A stretch of 64,000 nucleotides of DNA from Escherichia coli (GTDB lineage Bacteria; Pseudomonadota; Gammaproteobacteria; Enterobacterales; Enterobacteriaceae): assembly GCF_003018235.1 (NCBI RefSeq), contig NZ_CP027437.1, one strand, 5' to 3'. Under the pieces are notes generated by a model that worked only from the letters and a program-made list of their open reading frames with translations, was not told where the DNA came from and made no database searches. Made by a program: the position numbers and the translations under genes. Below are positions 34,915 to 44,766 of this stretch, piece by piece. Each line of letters starts with the position of its first letter. Within the stretch, counting starts at the first letter, position 1.

Positions 34915-35295
34915 GAGTCACCTCTGGTTGAGAGTTTACTCACTTAGTCCTGTGTCCACTATTGGTGGGTAAGATCAACATTCCATCAGGAACTGCGCTG
35001 CCGCTCAAAGTCACGTTATGTGTACCCGATCCAGTTAGTGCGCCGGATGGATAATCTGTAGCTGCAAAACTCATAATTAATCCTTTTAACTAGAAATGGA
35101 TAAGTGCTAATAAGAAATCTTACAGAGAATAAAATATGCAATATATTCGTAGCTGGCATAAAACATCTCAATACTTATGCGTGCTACTGAAGATACTATC
35201 AACCATATATGCCTTGAAGAATGCACCGTCATGTTAACCTGGTGGAAACATTCACCTAAAGTACATTAATAAAACTAATAAAATTATTTAATTTG

Positions 35296-35652
35296 TTATT
35301 TGATATGATTATCATCAAGTCTTAAAATACGTTCTCCGGTTCTAATTATGTTAAAACCATAGTATTCTTTTTTACTTTCGGAAGAGAGCATATATTTCCC
35401 GATATACATAACATCTGAAGATAGCTCACTTATATCAATACATACGGGTTCGAACTGACCTGTCACTCTTTTCAACTTTATTGCATTGCCATATTTACCT
35501 TCATATAAAACATAATTTGAAATAATATTCCCATCGTCTGGTTTTGAACAAATCTGTCCGTCTTGCAAATATACACTACCGGGTAACAATGGGCGAACAT
35601 AATCACCAACAGTGCATCCCGACAAAAAGAAAAACAAAAAGAATCTCTTCAT
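35296..35652 (-). CDS. Predicted outer-membrane lipoprotein (118 aa); candidate immunity protein for the upstream HExxH protein
   Basis: Signal peptide plus lipobox MKRFFLFFFLSG-C; Thr at +2; ATGA overlap with the upstream gene. Confidence 0.7.
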   Translation of the reverse strand: MKRFFLFFFLSGCTVGDYVRPLLPGSVYLQDGQICSKPDDGNIISNYVLYEGKYGNAIKLKRVTGQFEPVCIDISELSSDVMYIGKYMLSSESKKEYYGFNIIRTGERILRLDDNHIK

Positions 35653-36218
35653 ATGACACCCGCAGGAAATAAATTAAGCACCTTTTTGTATTTTTCCGAT
35701 AGAGTGTTCACTGATTCAGTTGTATCACCTACATAGTTAACATTTGCCAAATCAGCCACCAGTCCATAGTTAATTAATAGCCAATAATCAGCAACTATAG
35801 ATGCTTGTTGTTCCATGGAATAAGAAGAAATTGACTGTAAATTAAGATCGTAATGATAATTTGCCGCCCAAGAAAATAAACCACGCAACTTAACTGCATA
35901 CCCTTTCTGATATTGCCAAACATGCATCATTTCATGAATAAACAAGTGAGAAGCACCTGCTACTGTTTCACGATCACCAGGCATTGCTTGCGATGAATAA
36001 TCTGAACTATAAACAGCATCAGGATAATACATTTCCCCGTTTGGGGTCATCGCTGTTCTTTCCCCTTGACCAGGCAAATATTTTTCATTGTGGATCCATA
36101 CCTTGCTATAATCAATTGTATTCTCAAAAATCGATCTGGCCAATGTTAATTCACCAGATGTCATTCTCCTTAATGACATATCCTTTCCCCTGGAAATAAT
36201 ATCTTTCAGATAAAACAC
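35649..36218 (-). CDS. DUF4157-like zincin metallopeptidase-fold protein with HExxH motif (189 aa); candidate antibacterial effector
   Basis: Motifs IDYSKVWIH ... GEMYYP ... SHLFIHEMMHVWQYQ; no signal peptide; translationally coupled to the lipoprotein ORF. Confidence 0.65.
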   Translation of the reverse strand: MFYLKDIISRGKDMSLRRMTSGELTLARSIFENTIDYSKVWIHNEKYLPGQGERTAMTPNGEMYYPDAVYSSDYSSQAMPGDRETVAGASHLFIHEMMHVWQYQKGYAVKLRGLFSWAANYHYDLNLQSISSYSMEQQASIVADYWLLINYGLVADLANVNYVGDTTESVNTLSEKYKKVLNLFPAGVI

Positions 36219-37116
36219 AAACGCCCTTTGATGTTCAATATTCCCACTTTATACAGTATTGATGACATCATATTCATAGAAAATAAAATCAAAGCAAGTT
36301 ATCAACGTTTCCCGTTATGATTTCTTAACATTAATTCTCAGCATTTTTATTAATCTATCTTCAATATCAATAACCGATGCAAATGATTACGCAGCTAACA
36401 TAATTCTCATCAATTGATTAATGTCTGTAAACGCTACCGCCCCACCCTGATATCTTAATCTGCACATAGCAATCTTAACGTTATGCCCCATACATTAGTA
36501 ATGTAAATTAAGAATTCGGAATATATCAAATTCACTTCATAAATTAATATCGGGAATGATATACACATTAATTATAATGAAGTAATGTTTTAAGAGTTGT
36601 AATGACCATGGAACAGGATTAATTCCAGAAGCTCCTGTTGGGCAATAGCGCGTTTATCATCCTACATGCCTCTTACATTTTTTAGCCTTTTCTTTAACGT
36701 CAGCAATTGGCTCATTTAATCAGCAATTGTATTGGTATTTGGCGTATTACCCCTGAAACCCGTCATGTGCTAGCACCTCACTATTCAATGAGCCAACCAC
36801 GCCAGTGTCCACTGCAACCACTGGCGTTCAGAGCGACGAACGAGTGGCGCAAGAGTAAGACTGCCGTCGGGCATCATCAAACCAATAGTGGTTGTTTCCG
36901 TCAAAATTTCATCAGGTTGCTATTTTGTTGCCGGCCGCCTTTATCCCCACATATTTATAGCGGGATTATTTTGCATCGTTACACGATAAAAGGTAGGATT
37001 CTGCGCCGACAGTTATACCCATAAAGAATAATGGTGAATCTTGTCATCGCCAGGATGAATAAACATTGTTCATGGCAACTTATATGACTTTTTCATTAAA
37101 GCAATCAGGGAGAGCA

Positions 37117-38616
37117 ATGAGTAAACACGACACCGACACTTCAGATCAACACGCCGCGAAACGCCGCTGGCTTAATGCCCACGAAGAGGGGTATCACAAA
37201 GCGATGGGCAATCGCCAGGTACAGATGATCGCCATTGGCGGCGCGATTGGTACGGGTTTGTTTTTAGGCGCGGGAGCCCGACTGCAAATGGCGGGGCCAG
37301 CACTGGCACTGGTCTATTTGATCTGCGGCCTGTTTTCATTTTTTATTCTGCGTGCATTGGGTGAGCTGGTGTTACACCGCCCTTCCAGTGGCAGTTTTGT
37401 CTCTTATGCCCGTGAGTTTTTAGGAGAGAAAGCCGCTTACGTTGCAGGCTGGATGTACTTCATCAACTGGGCGATGACGGGGATTGTCGATATTACCGCC
37501 GTCGCTCTGTATATGCATTACTGGGGTGCGTTTGGCGGCGTGCCGCAGTGGGTCTTTGCGCTCGCTGCGCTGACCATCGTTGGCACCATGAATATGATCG
37601 GTGTGAAATGGTTTGCCGAGATGGAGTTCTGGTTTGCGCTTATTAAAGTGCTCGCCATTGTTACCTTTTTGGTCGTGGGTACAGTGTTCCTCGGTAGTGG
37701 TCAGCCGCTGGATGGCAACACCACTGGTTTTCATTTAATTACCGATAACGGCGGCTTCTTCCCCCACGGTTTGCTGCCTGCGCTGGTGTTGATTCAGGGC
37801 GTAGTGTTTGCTTTTGCCTCCATTGAAATGGTGGGTACAGCTGCCGGAGAATGTAAAGATCCGCAGACCATGGTGCCTAAAGCCATTAACAGTGTGATTT
37901 GGCGTATTGGCCTGTTTTACGTCGGCTCCGTGGTGTTGCTGGTTATGTTATTGCCGTGGAGCGCATATCAGGCGGGGCAAAGTCCGTTCGTGACGTTTTT
38001 CTCTAAACTGGGTGTGCCATATATCGGCAGCATTATGAACATTGTGGTGCTGACCGCTGCCCTCTCCAGCCTGAACTCAGGTCTGTACTGCACCGGACGT
38101 ATTCTGCGCTCAATGGCGATGGGCGGTTCCGCACCGAGTTTTATGGCGAAAATGAGTCGTCAGCATGTGCCGTATGCCGGGATTCTGGCGACACTGGTTG
38201 TGTATGTCGTCGGCGTATTCCTCAACTATCTGGTGCCGTCGCGCGTATTTGAGATTGTGTTGAACTTCGCGTCGCTGGGAATCATCGCCTCATGGGCGTT
38301 TATCATCGTGTGCCAGATGCGCCTGCGTAAAGCGATTAAAGAAGGCAAAGCCGCGGATGTCAGTTTTAAACTGCCTGGCGCGCCCTTCACTTCCTGGCTG
38401 ACATTACTGTTTTTGCTGAGCGTCCTGGTGCTGATGGCGTTCGATTACCCGAACGGGACTTATACCATCGCGGCGCTGCCGATTATCGGTATTCTGCTGG
38501 TTATAGGCTGGTTTGGTGTGCGCAAACGCGTTGCTGAAATTCACAGCACTGCGCCAGTCGTCGAGGAAGATGAAGAACAACAGGAAATTGTGTTTAAGCC
38601 TGAAACGGCGAGTTAA
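37117..38616 (+). CDS. ansP: L-asparagine permease (APC family, 499 aa)
   Basis: ATG at 37117 after GGGAGAG; MSKHDTDTSDQHAAKRRWLNAHEEGYHKAMGNRQVQMIAIGGAIGTGLF... Confidence 0.92.
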   Translation: MSKHDTDTSDQHAAKRRWLNAHEEGYHKAMGNRQVQMIAIGGAIGTGLFLGAGARLQMAGPALALVYLICGLFSFFILRALGELVLHRPSSGSFVSYAREFLGEKAAYVAGWMYFINWAMTGIVDITAVALYMHYWGAFGGVPQWVFALAALTIVGTMNMIGVKWFAEMEFWFALIKVLAIVTFLVVGTVFLGSGQPLDGNTTGFHLITDNGGFFPHGLLPALVLIQGVVFAFASIEMVGTAAGECKDPQTMVPKAINSVIWRIGLFYVGSVVLLVMLLPWSAYQAGQSPFVTFFSKLGVPYIGSIMNIVVLTAALSSLNSGLYCTGRILRSMAMGGSAPSFMAKMSRQHVPYAGILATLVVYVVGVFLNYLVPSRVFEIVLNFASLGIIASWAFIIVCQMRLRKAIKEGKAADVSFKLPGAPFTSWLTLLFLLSVLVLMAFDYPNGTYTIAALPIIGILLVIGWFGVRKRVAEIHSTAPVVEEDEEQQEIVFKPETAS

Positions 38617-38624
38617 TTGCAAAA

Positions 38625-38647
38625 TTGCCCGGCTACGTGCCGGGCAA
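38625..38647. terminator. Hairpin terminator between convergent ansP and yncE
   Basis: ttgcccgg ctacgtg ccgggcaa then AATT-rich run. Confidence 0.55.
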
Positions 38648-38728
38648 ATTCAAATTACTGACGAAGGTGCCGGATACGGCGTGATAAAAGTCAGGCAAGT
38701 CTCACCGTTTTCACCCTCGCCATATCTA

Positions 38729-39790
38729 TTACAGCGCAATACGAATCACATCATCCGGCTGGGTTGCTTCCTGCTGTTTAGTGGATTTTTGTTTCACACT
38801 GACATACAGCGTTTTACCATCGGCAGACAGCGCCAGGCTGTTCGGATGAGTCGGCGTATCGAACGTTTTCACCACTTTATAGCTTTTCGCGTCAATCACA
38901 CTGACTTTACCTGCCTGACGATGCGTTACGTAGGCTTCATTACGCGCCGGGTTAAACAGCACAGCCAGTGATTCCGGTGCCGCAACCTTCGCCAGAATAT
39001 TGCCATTACGGGTATCGACCACTAACACTTCTGCGGCTTTAGAATCGGTGATAAATGCACGCTGCCTGGCGGTATCAAGGCTAATGTTGATAAAGAAGTG
39101 CTCTTTGCCGTCATCCAGCAGCTTTTTACGGCTGAGGATTTTATTGTCGGCGGTGTCGATGGTAATCAATTCGCCGTCAGCGTTAGTGGTGTAAAGACGT
39201 TTGCCTTTGCTATCCAGCGCCAGACCGGTACTCATTTTACCGGTGTTCTGGATGGCGGTTTTCAGTTTGATATTCTCGCCATCAACGACCCAAATCACGC
39301 TCTCTTTACCAATACCACTGATGTAAACGGTGTTCGTGGCATCATCAGCTACCAGCTCACGCGGTTGCAGCGGGCGCACCTCTTCCGTGCGCTTACGATC
39401 ATCCAGCACCAGACGGCCTTTCACTTCGCCCGTTTTGGCATCTATCGCCGTGACCGCGCTGTTTACAGTGTTACCAAACCACAACGTCTGAGTCGTGTTA
39501 TTGATGGTGGCACCAAACGGCTTGAGATCGTTATGGATCGCCTGCGTCACTTCCAGAGTAACCGGATCAAGACGATAAACCACGCCGCCTTTATCCAGTT
39601 TGCGGCTTTGCGAAGTGGCGAGCCACAGCGCGTTCTCCTGCTGGCTATAAGCCATTTCGTAGGCACCTTTACCTACCGCTTTACGCAGCATTTCTTCTGC
39701 AGCCTGCGTACTGAATGATGAAGCAACAAGCAATGAACCTAACAGTAATGAACCACGCAGGCGCGATGAAAACAGATGACGTAAATGCAT
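38729..39790 (-). CDS. yncE: Secreted seven-bladed beta-propeller protein (353 aa)
   Basis: Signal peptide and repeated beta-propeller blades; K-12 synteny. Confidence 0.88.
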   Translation of the reverse strand: MHLRHLFSSRLRGSLLLGSLLVASSFSTQAAEEMLRKAVGKGAYEMAYSQQENALWLATSQSRKLDKGGVVYRLDPVTLEVTQAIHNDLKPFGATINNTTQTLWFGNTVNSAVTAIDAKTGEVKGRLVLDDRKRTEEVRPLQPRELVADDATNTVYISGIGKESVIWVVDGENIKLKTAIQNTGKMSTGLALDSKGKRLYTTNADGELITIDTADNKILSRKKLLDDGKEHFFINISLDTARQRAFITDSKAAEVLVVDTRNGNILAKVAAPESLAVLFNPARNEAYVTHRQAGKVSVIDAKSYKVVKTFDTPTHPNSLALSADGKTLYVSVKQKSTKQQEATQPDDVIRIAL

Positions 39791-40031
39791 GACGACTCCC
39801 TTTGATGAACCGATATTTTTGCTGCTTCACAATGCTTCGCTAAGCGTAATCATCGTTACGCTCTTGTTATAAATGGGAATGGTAATCATTATTTTCTCAA
39901 ATGTGGAGCATTTCTTGCCGTTACGACTACAATTTTCTCAATTACTTAACGTATCGTGCCGTTTCGTTTTCCATATATTTACAATTTTATTACCATGGCG
40001 GCGTTTTCCCATTCTTAACCTGGCTTTTTTC

Positions 40032-42134
40032 ATGAAGATTTTTTCCGTCCGACAGACCGTTTTGCCCGCACTGCTTGTCCTTTCCCCCGTTGTTTTTGCC
40101 GCTGATGAACAGACCATGATTGTCAGTGCCGCACCGCAGGTGGTTTCAGAACTGGATACCCCAGCAGCCGTGAGCGTGGTGGATGGCGAGGAGATGCGCC
40201 TGGCAACACCGCGCATTAACTTGTCCGAATCACTGACCAGCGTGCCTGGTTTGCAGGTACAAAACCGGCAGAACTATGCGCAAGATTTACAGCTGTCGAT
40301 TCGCGGATTTGGCTCCCGCTCCACTTACGGAATTCGCGGTATTCGCCTGTATGTGGACGGTATTCCCGCCACCATGCCCGACGGACAAGGGCAAACATCC
40401 AACATCGATTTAAGCAGTGTACAAAATGTGGAAGTGCTGCGCGGCCCCTTCTCTGCTCTGTATGGCAACGCGTCTGGCGGTGTAATGAATGTCATCACCC
40501 AGACCGGACAACAGCCACCAACCATTGAAGCCAGTAGTTACTACGGCAGTTTTGGCAGCTGGCGCTATGGGCTGAAAGCAACAGGCGCAATGGGCGACGG
40601 CACTCAGCCTGGCGATGTCGATTACACCGTCTCAACCACGCGCTTTACGACCCACGGCTATCGTGATCATAGTGGCGCACAGAAAAATTTAGCCAATGCC
40701 AAACTGGGCGTACGCATTGATGACGCCAGCAAATTAAGCCTGATTTTCAATAGTGTGGATATCAAAGCAGATGACCCAGGTGGGCTAACCGAAGCAGAAT
40801 GGAAGGCGAATCCGCAACAAGCGCCACGCGCTGAACAGTACGACACGCGAAAAACCATCAAGCAAACTCAGGCTGGGTTGCGCTATGAACGTAGCCTGAG
40901 CGCACAAGATGATATGAGTGTGATGATGTATGCCGGGGAGCGAGAAACGACCCAGTACCAGTCAATCCCGATGGCACCACAACTTAACCCGTCGCATGCG
41001 GGCGGCGTGATTACTCTGCAACGCCATTATCAGGGGATAGACAGCCGCTGGACACACCGTGGCGAGCTGGGCGTTCCGCTCACGTTCACTACCGGCCTGA
41101 ACTACGAAAACATGAGTGAAAATCGCAAAGGCTACAATAACTTCCGCCTGAATAGCGGCGTGCCGGAATACGGGCAAAAAGGTGAGTTGCGCCGTGACGA
41201 ACGCAATCTGATGTGGAACGTCGATCCCTATTTGCAGACACAGTGGCAGCTGAGCGAAAAACTGTCGCTGGATGCTGGCGTGCGCTACAGCTCCGTATGG
41301 TTTGATTCCAACGACCATTACGTTACTCCGGGTAACGGCGATGACAGCGGTGATGCCAGTTATCACAAATGGCTACCTGCCGGTTCGTTAAAATATGCAA
41401 TGACCGATGCCTGGAATATCTATCTGGCAGCCGGGCGAGGTTTTGAAACGCCGACGATTAATGAGCTGTCTTATCGTGCTGACGGTCAAAGCGGTATGAA
41501 CTTTGGTTTAAAACCATCCACCAACGATACAATTGAGATCGGCAGTAAAACGCGTATTGGTGATGGGCTGCTTAGTCTCGCATTGTTCCAGACCGACACC
41601 GATGATGAAATTGTTGTCGATAGCAGTAGCGGTGGGCGTACGACTTACAAAAATGCCGGAAAGACCCGTCGTCAAGGCGCTGAGCTGGCATGGGATCAAC
41701 GTTTCGCGGGAGATTTTCGTGTAAAAGCGTCCTGGACCTGGCTCGATGCGACCTATCGCAGCAATGTTTGCAATGAACAGGATTGTAACGGTAACCGGAT
41801 GCCAGGGATCGCCCGTAATATGGGCTTTGCGTCGATAGGTTATGTACCGGAGGATGGCTGGTATGCAGGTACGGAAGCGCGTTATATGGGCGATATTATG
41901 GCAGATGATGAAAATACGGCCAAAGCGCCGTCTTATACTCTCGTCGGCTTATTCACCGGGTATAAATACAATTACCACAATTTAACTGTGGATTTATTTG
42001 GTCGTGTCGATAATTTATTCGATAAAGAATACGTTGGTTCTGTCATTGTCAATGAGTCAAACGGGCGATATTACGAACCTGCGCCCGGGCGAAATTATGG
42101 TGTCGGCATGAATATTGCATGGCGATTTGAGTAA
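40032..42134 (+). CDS. yncD: TonB-dependent outer-membrane receptor (700 aa)
   Basis: ATG at 40032 (MKIFSVRQTVLPALLVLSPVVFA/ADEQ); TonB box region; C-terminal ...AWRF. Confidence 0.9.
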   Translation: MKIFSVRQTVLPALLVLSPVVFAADEQTMIVSAAPQVVSELDTPAAVSVVDGEEMRLATPRINLSESLTSVPGLQVQNRQNYAQDLQLSIRGFGSRSTYGIRGIRLYVDGIPATMPDGQGQTSNIDLSSVQNVEVLRGPFSALYGNASGGVMNVITQTGQQPPTIEASSYYGSFGSWRYGLKATGAMGDGTQPGDVDYTVSTTRFTTHGYRDHSGAQKNLANAKLGVRIDDASKLSLIFNSVDIKADDPGGLTEAEWKANPQQAPRAEQYDTRKTIKQTQAGLRYERSLSAQDDMSVMMYAGERETTQYQSIPMAPQLNPSHAGGVITLQRHYQGIDSRWTHRGELGVPLTFTTGLNYENMSENRKGYNNFRLNSGVPEYGQKGELRRDERNLMWNVDPYLQTQWQLSEKLSLDAGVRYSSVWFDSNDHYVTPGNGDDSGDASYHKWLPAGSLKYAMTDAWNIYLAAGRGFETPTINELSYRADGQSGMNFGLKPSTNDTIEIGSKTRIGDGLLSLALFQTDTDDEIVVDSSSGGRTTYKNAGKTRRQGAELAWDQRFAGDFRVKASWTWLDATYRSNVCNEQDCNGNRMPGIARNMGFASIGYVPEDGWYAGTEARYMGDIMADDENTAKAPSYTLVGLFTGYKYNYHNLTVDLFGRVDNLFDKEYVGSVIVNESNGRYYEPAPGRNYGVGMNIAWRFE

Positions 42135-42169
42135 TTACCTTGATGCCCGGTATTTGCCGGGCATTTACT

Positions 42170-42835
42170 TTAACGATTGTATTGCTGGTATAAAATAGCA
42201 ATATTTTGTTGCATAATTTCAGCAAGACAATGTCTGCATCCCTCTTTGTCTTTTGCTTTTAACGCGGCGAGTAATAGACGATAGTTTTCTATACGCTCCC
42301 GTAATTCCGCTGGATTAATCGCTTCATAGAGATAATGTAAACCAGGTCCCATCCTGACCCACAGTTGCTCAATCATCTCACACAGGATGGGCATATTTGA
42401 ACGATGATAAATCGCTAAGCGAAATAGCCTGTTCGCATTAATGATTTGTTCCATGTCGCCCTTTTCTTGCGCCTGCTGTAATTTCTCGAGCAATTCCTCG
42501 AGTTCCGCCAGGTCTTGCGGGGTGAGGTTTTCAACAGCCAGAGTAACTGCCATTAATTCCAGCTCGTAGCGGATCCGATTGATTTCGTCTAATTGACGTT
42601 TCCCCACTTCCGGAACTGTAAATGCTTGCGCTGGTGCGACAGAAAGCGCATTCACCGAAACCAGACGTAATAATGCTTCACGCACAGGTGTAATACTCAT
42701 ACCTAATTGCTCCGCCAGATTTTTAGTAATCAGGCGTGCGCCAGGTTTTAGTGCGCCAATACTAAGCTGATGTTTCAGGTCATTCTCAACCTGCAGAGTC
42801 AAACTGACATGTTTCATTTTTTCCGTTCCAGGCAT
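42170..42835 (-). CDS. mcbR: GntR/FadR-family transcriptional regulator (221 aa)
   Basis: ATG at 42835 (MPGTEKMKHVSLTLQ...); N-terminal wHTH, FCD domain. Confidence 0.88.
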   Translation of the reverse strand: MPGTEKMKHVSLTLQVENDLKHQLSIGALKPGARLITKNLAEQLGMSITPVREALLRLVSVNALSVAPAQAFTVPEVGKRQLDEINRIRYELELMAVTLAVENLTPQDLAELEELLEKLQQAQEKGDMEQIINANRLFRLAIYHRSNMPILCEMIEQLWVRMGPGLHYLYEAINPAELRERIENYRLLLAALKAKDKEGCRHCLAEIMQQNIAILYQQYNR

Positions 42836-43032
42836 TTTAATTCCTTCGCGTGTTTTCTGTCCAACCCTGTCTGCATGGCAGAAGGAGTTCACCTGGGGTA
42901 TTAAAGTGAATAATCATAAACCACTCACCTTTGTTGTTATTAGCAGCAGAACAATGACGTGGTTAGTTAATTAAAGCTGAAAATAAGCTTTTTGCCTGGA
43001 TTTTTATGGCGGCTTACGCCGCCGTCGTATCT

Positions 43033-44070
43033 TTAATCATCACCCGCCACGCGGATCACCACTTTGCCGAAGTTTTTACCCTTCAGCAGGCCGATAAATG
43101 TCTGTGGCGCATTCTCTAAACCGTCAGTAATTTCTTCGCGGTAGTGGATTTTATCCTCTTTCACCCATTGCCCCATCTCCTTCTGAAACTCATGGATGCG
43201 GTGACCATAATCCTGAGCGATAATAAATCCTTGCAAGCGAATACGTTTTTTCAGCACCGTAGCCATCAGCAGAGGTAAACGATCCGGACCGGGTGGTAGC
43301 TCTGTAGCGTTATAGCTGCTCACTAAGCCGCAGACGGGAATGCGCGCAGATGTATTAAGTAAAGGTAGCACTGCATCAAATACCTTACCGCCCACGTTTT
43401 CATAATAGATATCAATACCTTTTGGGCACGCTTTCGCCAGTTGTTCGGCAAAATCATCCGCATGGTGATCAAGGCATACATCGAAGCCTAAAACCTCGGT
43501 AGCATGGCGGCATTTTTCCGCGCCACCGGCTATCCCCACCACCCTGCAACCTTTAAGTTTGCCGATTTGACCCACCGTCGCCCCCACTGGTCCTGTCGCC
43601 GCAGCTACCACCAGCGTTTCGCCCTCTTTGGGCTGACCGATATCCAGCAGCCCCATATAAGCGGTAAAGCCTGGCATCCCCAGCACACCCAGCGACCACG
43701 ATGGATTTTGCGGATGATCGCCAAGTTTCACCAGATCATCACCACTGGATATGTCATAGTCCTGCCATCCACTGTAGCCCAGCACCCAGTCGCCAGGCTG
43801 ATAATCAGGATGATTCGACTCCACGACACGGCTCACCGTGCCGCCGACCATCACGCCGCCAATATCAACCGGCGGCGAATAGGATGGCTCATCGCTCATG
43901 CGCCCGCGCATATACGGGTCCAGTGACAGATAAACAGTACGCAGTAACACCTGTCCTTCACCTGGAGTTGCGACGTCATCCTCTTCAAGACGGAAATTCT
44001 CGGGAATTGGCGCGCCATGCGGACGCGAGGCCAGAACCCAACGGCGGTTACGTTGCTTTTGTTGCCCCAT
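43033..44070 (-). CDS. curA: NADPH-dependent curcumin/dihydrocurcumin reductase (MDR family, 345 aa)
   Basis: ATG at 44070 (MGQQKQRNRRWVLASRPHG...); Rossmann motif AAATGPVGATVGQ. Confidence 0.9.
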   Translation of the reverse strand: MGQQKQRNRRWVLASRPHGAPIPENFRLEEDDVATPGEGQVLLRTVYLSLDPYMRGRMSDEPSYSPPVDIGGVMVGGTVSRVVESNHPDYQPGDWVLGYSGWQDYDISSGDDLVKLGDHPQNPSWSLGVLGMPGFTAYMGLLDIGQPKEGETLVVAAATGPVGATVGQIGKLKGCRVVGIAGGAEKCRHATEVLGFDVCLDHHADDFAEQLAKACPKGIDIYYENVGGKVFDAVLPLLNTSARIPVCGLVSSYNATELPPGPDRLPLLMATVLKKRIRLQGFIIAQDYGHRIHEFQKEMGQWVKEDKIHYREEITDGLENAPQTFIGLLKGKNFGKVVIRVAGDD

Positions 44071-44250
44071 AATGCTCTCCTGTGCTTTTGGCATGAATCG
44101 ATCAATAGTAGCAGGCTCACAGGATTGGTTTTGTTTGCAGCCGTCACATCCCCTCTGCAACACGCAATAATTTCATCGAGGAATCCGTTGCTTCGGGCTG
44201 TTTTCGATAGTATTGATAACGTCATCATCATTATTTAATCGAGGCCAAAC

Positions 44251-44766
44251 ATGTCCATCCGTTTTGCCCGCAAAGCCGACTGTGCTGCCATTGCGGAAAT
44301 TTATAACCACGCCGTGTTGTATACGGCGGCTATCTGGAATGACCAAACGGTGGATGCAGATAACCGCATTGCCTGGTTCGAAGCGCGGACTTTAGCAGGT
44401 TATCCAGTGCTGGTGAGCGAGGAAAACGGCGTAGTGACGGGATATGCCTCGTTTGGCGACTGGCGTAGTTTTGATGGTTTTCGCCATACCGTGGAACATT
44501 CGGTTTATGTCCATCCCGATCATCAGGGGAAAGGTCTGGGGCGTAAATTGTTAAGCCGATTGATTGATGAAGCGCGGGATTGCGGGAAGCATGTCATGGT
44601 CGCTGGGATCGAATCGCAAAACCAGGCTTCGCTGCATCTCCACCAGTCGCTGGGATTTGTCGTCACCGCGCAAATGCCGCAGGTAGGCACTAAATTTGGG
44701 CGCTGGCTGGATCTGACATTTATGCAGTTGCAACTCGACGAACGCAGTGAACCGGACGCAATCTGA
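44251..44766 (+). CDS. mnaT: GNAT L-amino acid N-acyltransferase (171 aa)
   Basis: GNAT motifs ...HQGKGLGRKLL... Confidence 0.88.
   Translation: MSIRFARKADCAAIAEIYNHAVLYTAAIWNDQTVDADNRIAWFEARTLAGYPVLVSEENGVVTGYASFGDWRSFDGFRHTVEHSVYVHPDHQGKGLGRKLLSRLIDEARDCGKHVMVAGIESQNQASLHLHQSLGFVVTAQMPQVGTKFGRWLDLTFMQLQLDERSEPDAI

Larger units (their letters stand above)
33734..34976 (-). mobile_element. IS3 insertion sequence (insE/insF), ~1.24 kb, flanked by 3-bp direct repeat ACA (33731-33733 and 34977-34979)
   Basis: Termini TGATCCTACCCACGTAATGTGGACAC... / ...CCACTATTGGTGGGTAAGATCA; OrfA (99 aa) and OrfB in overlapping frames. Confidence 0.9.
31833..35073 (-). pseudogene. vgrG: vgrG (T6SS spike protein) interrupted by IS3: N-terminal 32 codons at 34977-35073, remainder at 31833-33733
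   Basis: gp27/gp5-like sequence ([46 protein letters not shown]...); removing IS3 and one 3-bp repeat gives an in-frame [43 protein letters not shown]... Confidence 0.85.

Noticed and set aside
36707-37024. 105-aa plus-strand ORF upstream of ansP
   Set aside because: No RBS, no recognisable domain, Cys/Arg-rich low-complexity sequence; more likely promoter or 5' UTR region of ansP, or a degraded remnant.
37066-42892. Extended track starts for ansP (37066), yncD (39873) and mcbR (42892)
   Set aside because: Same reasoning: downstream ATGs with RBS (37117, 40032, 42835) yield the known protein N-termini, including the yncD signal peptide.
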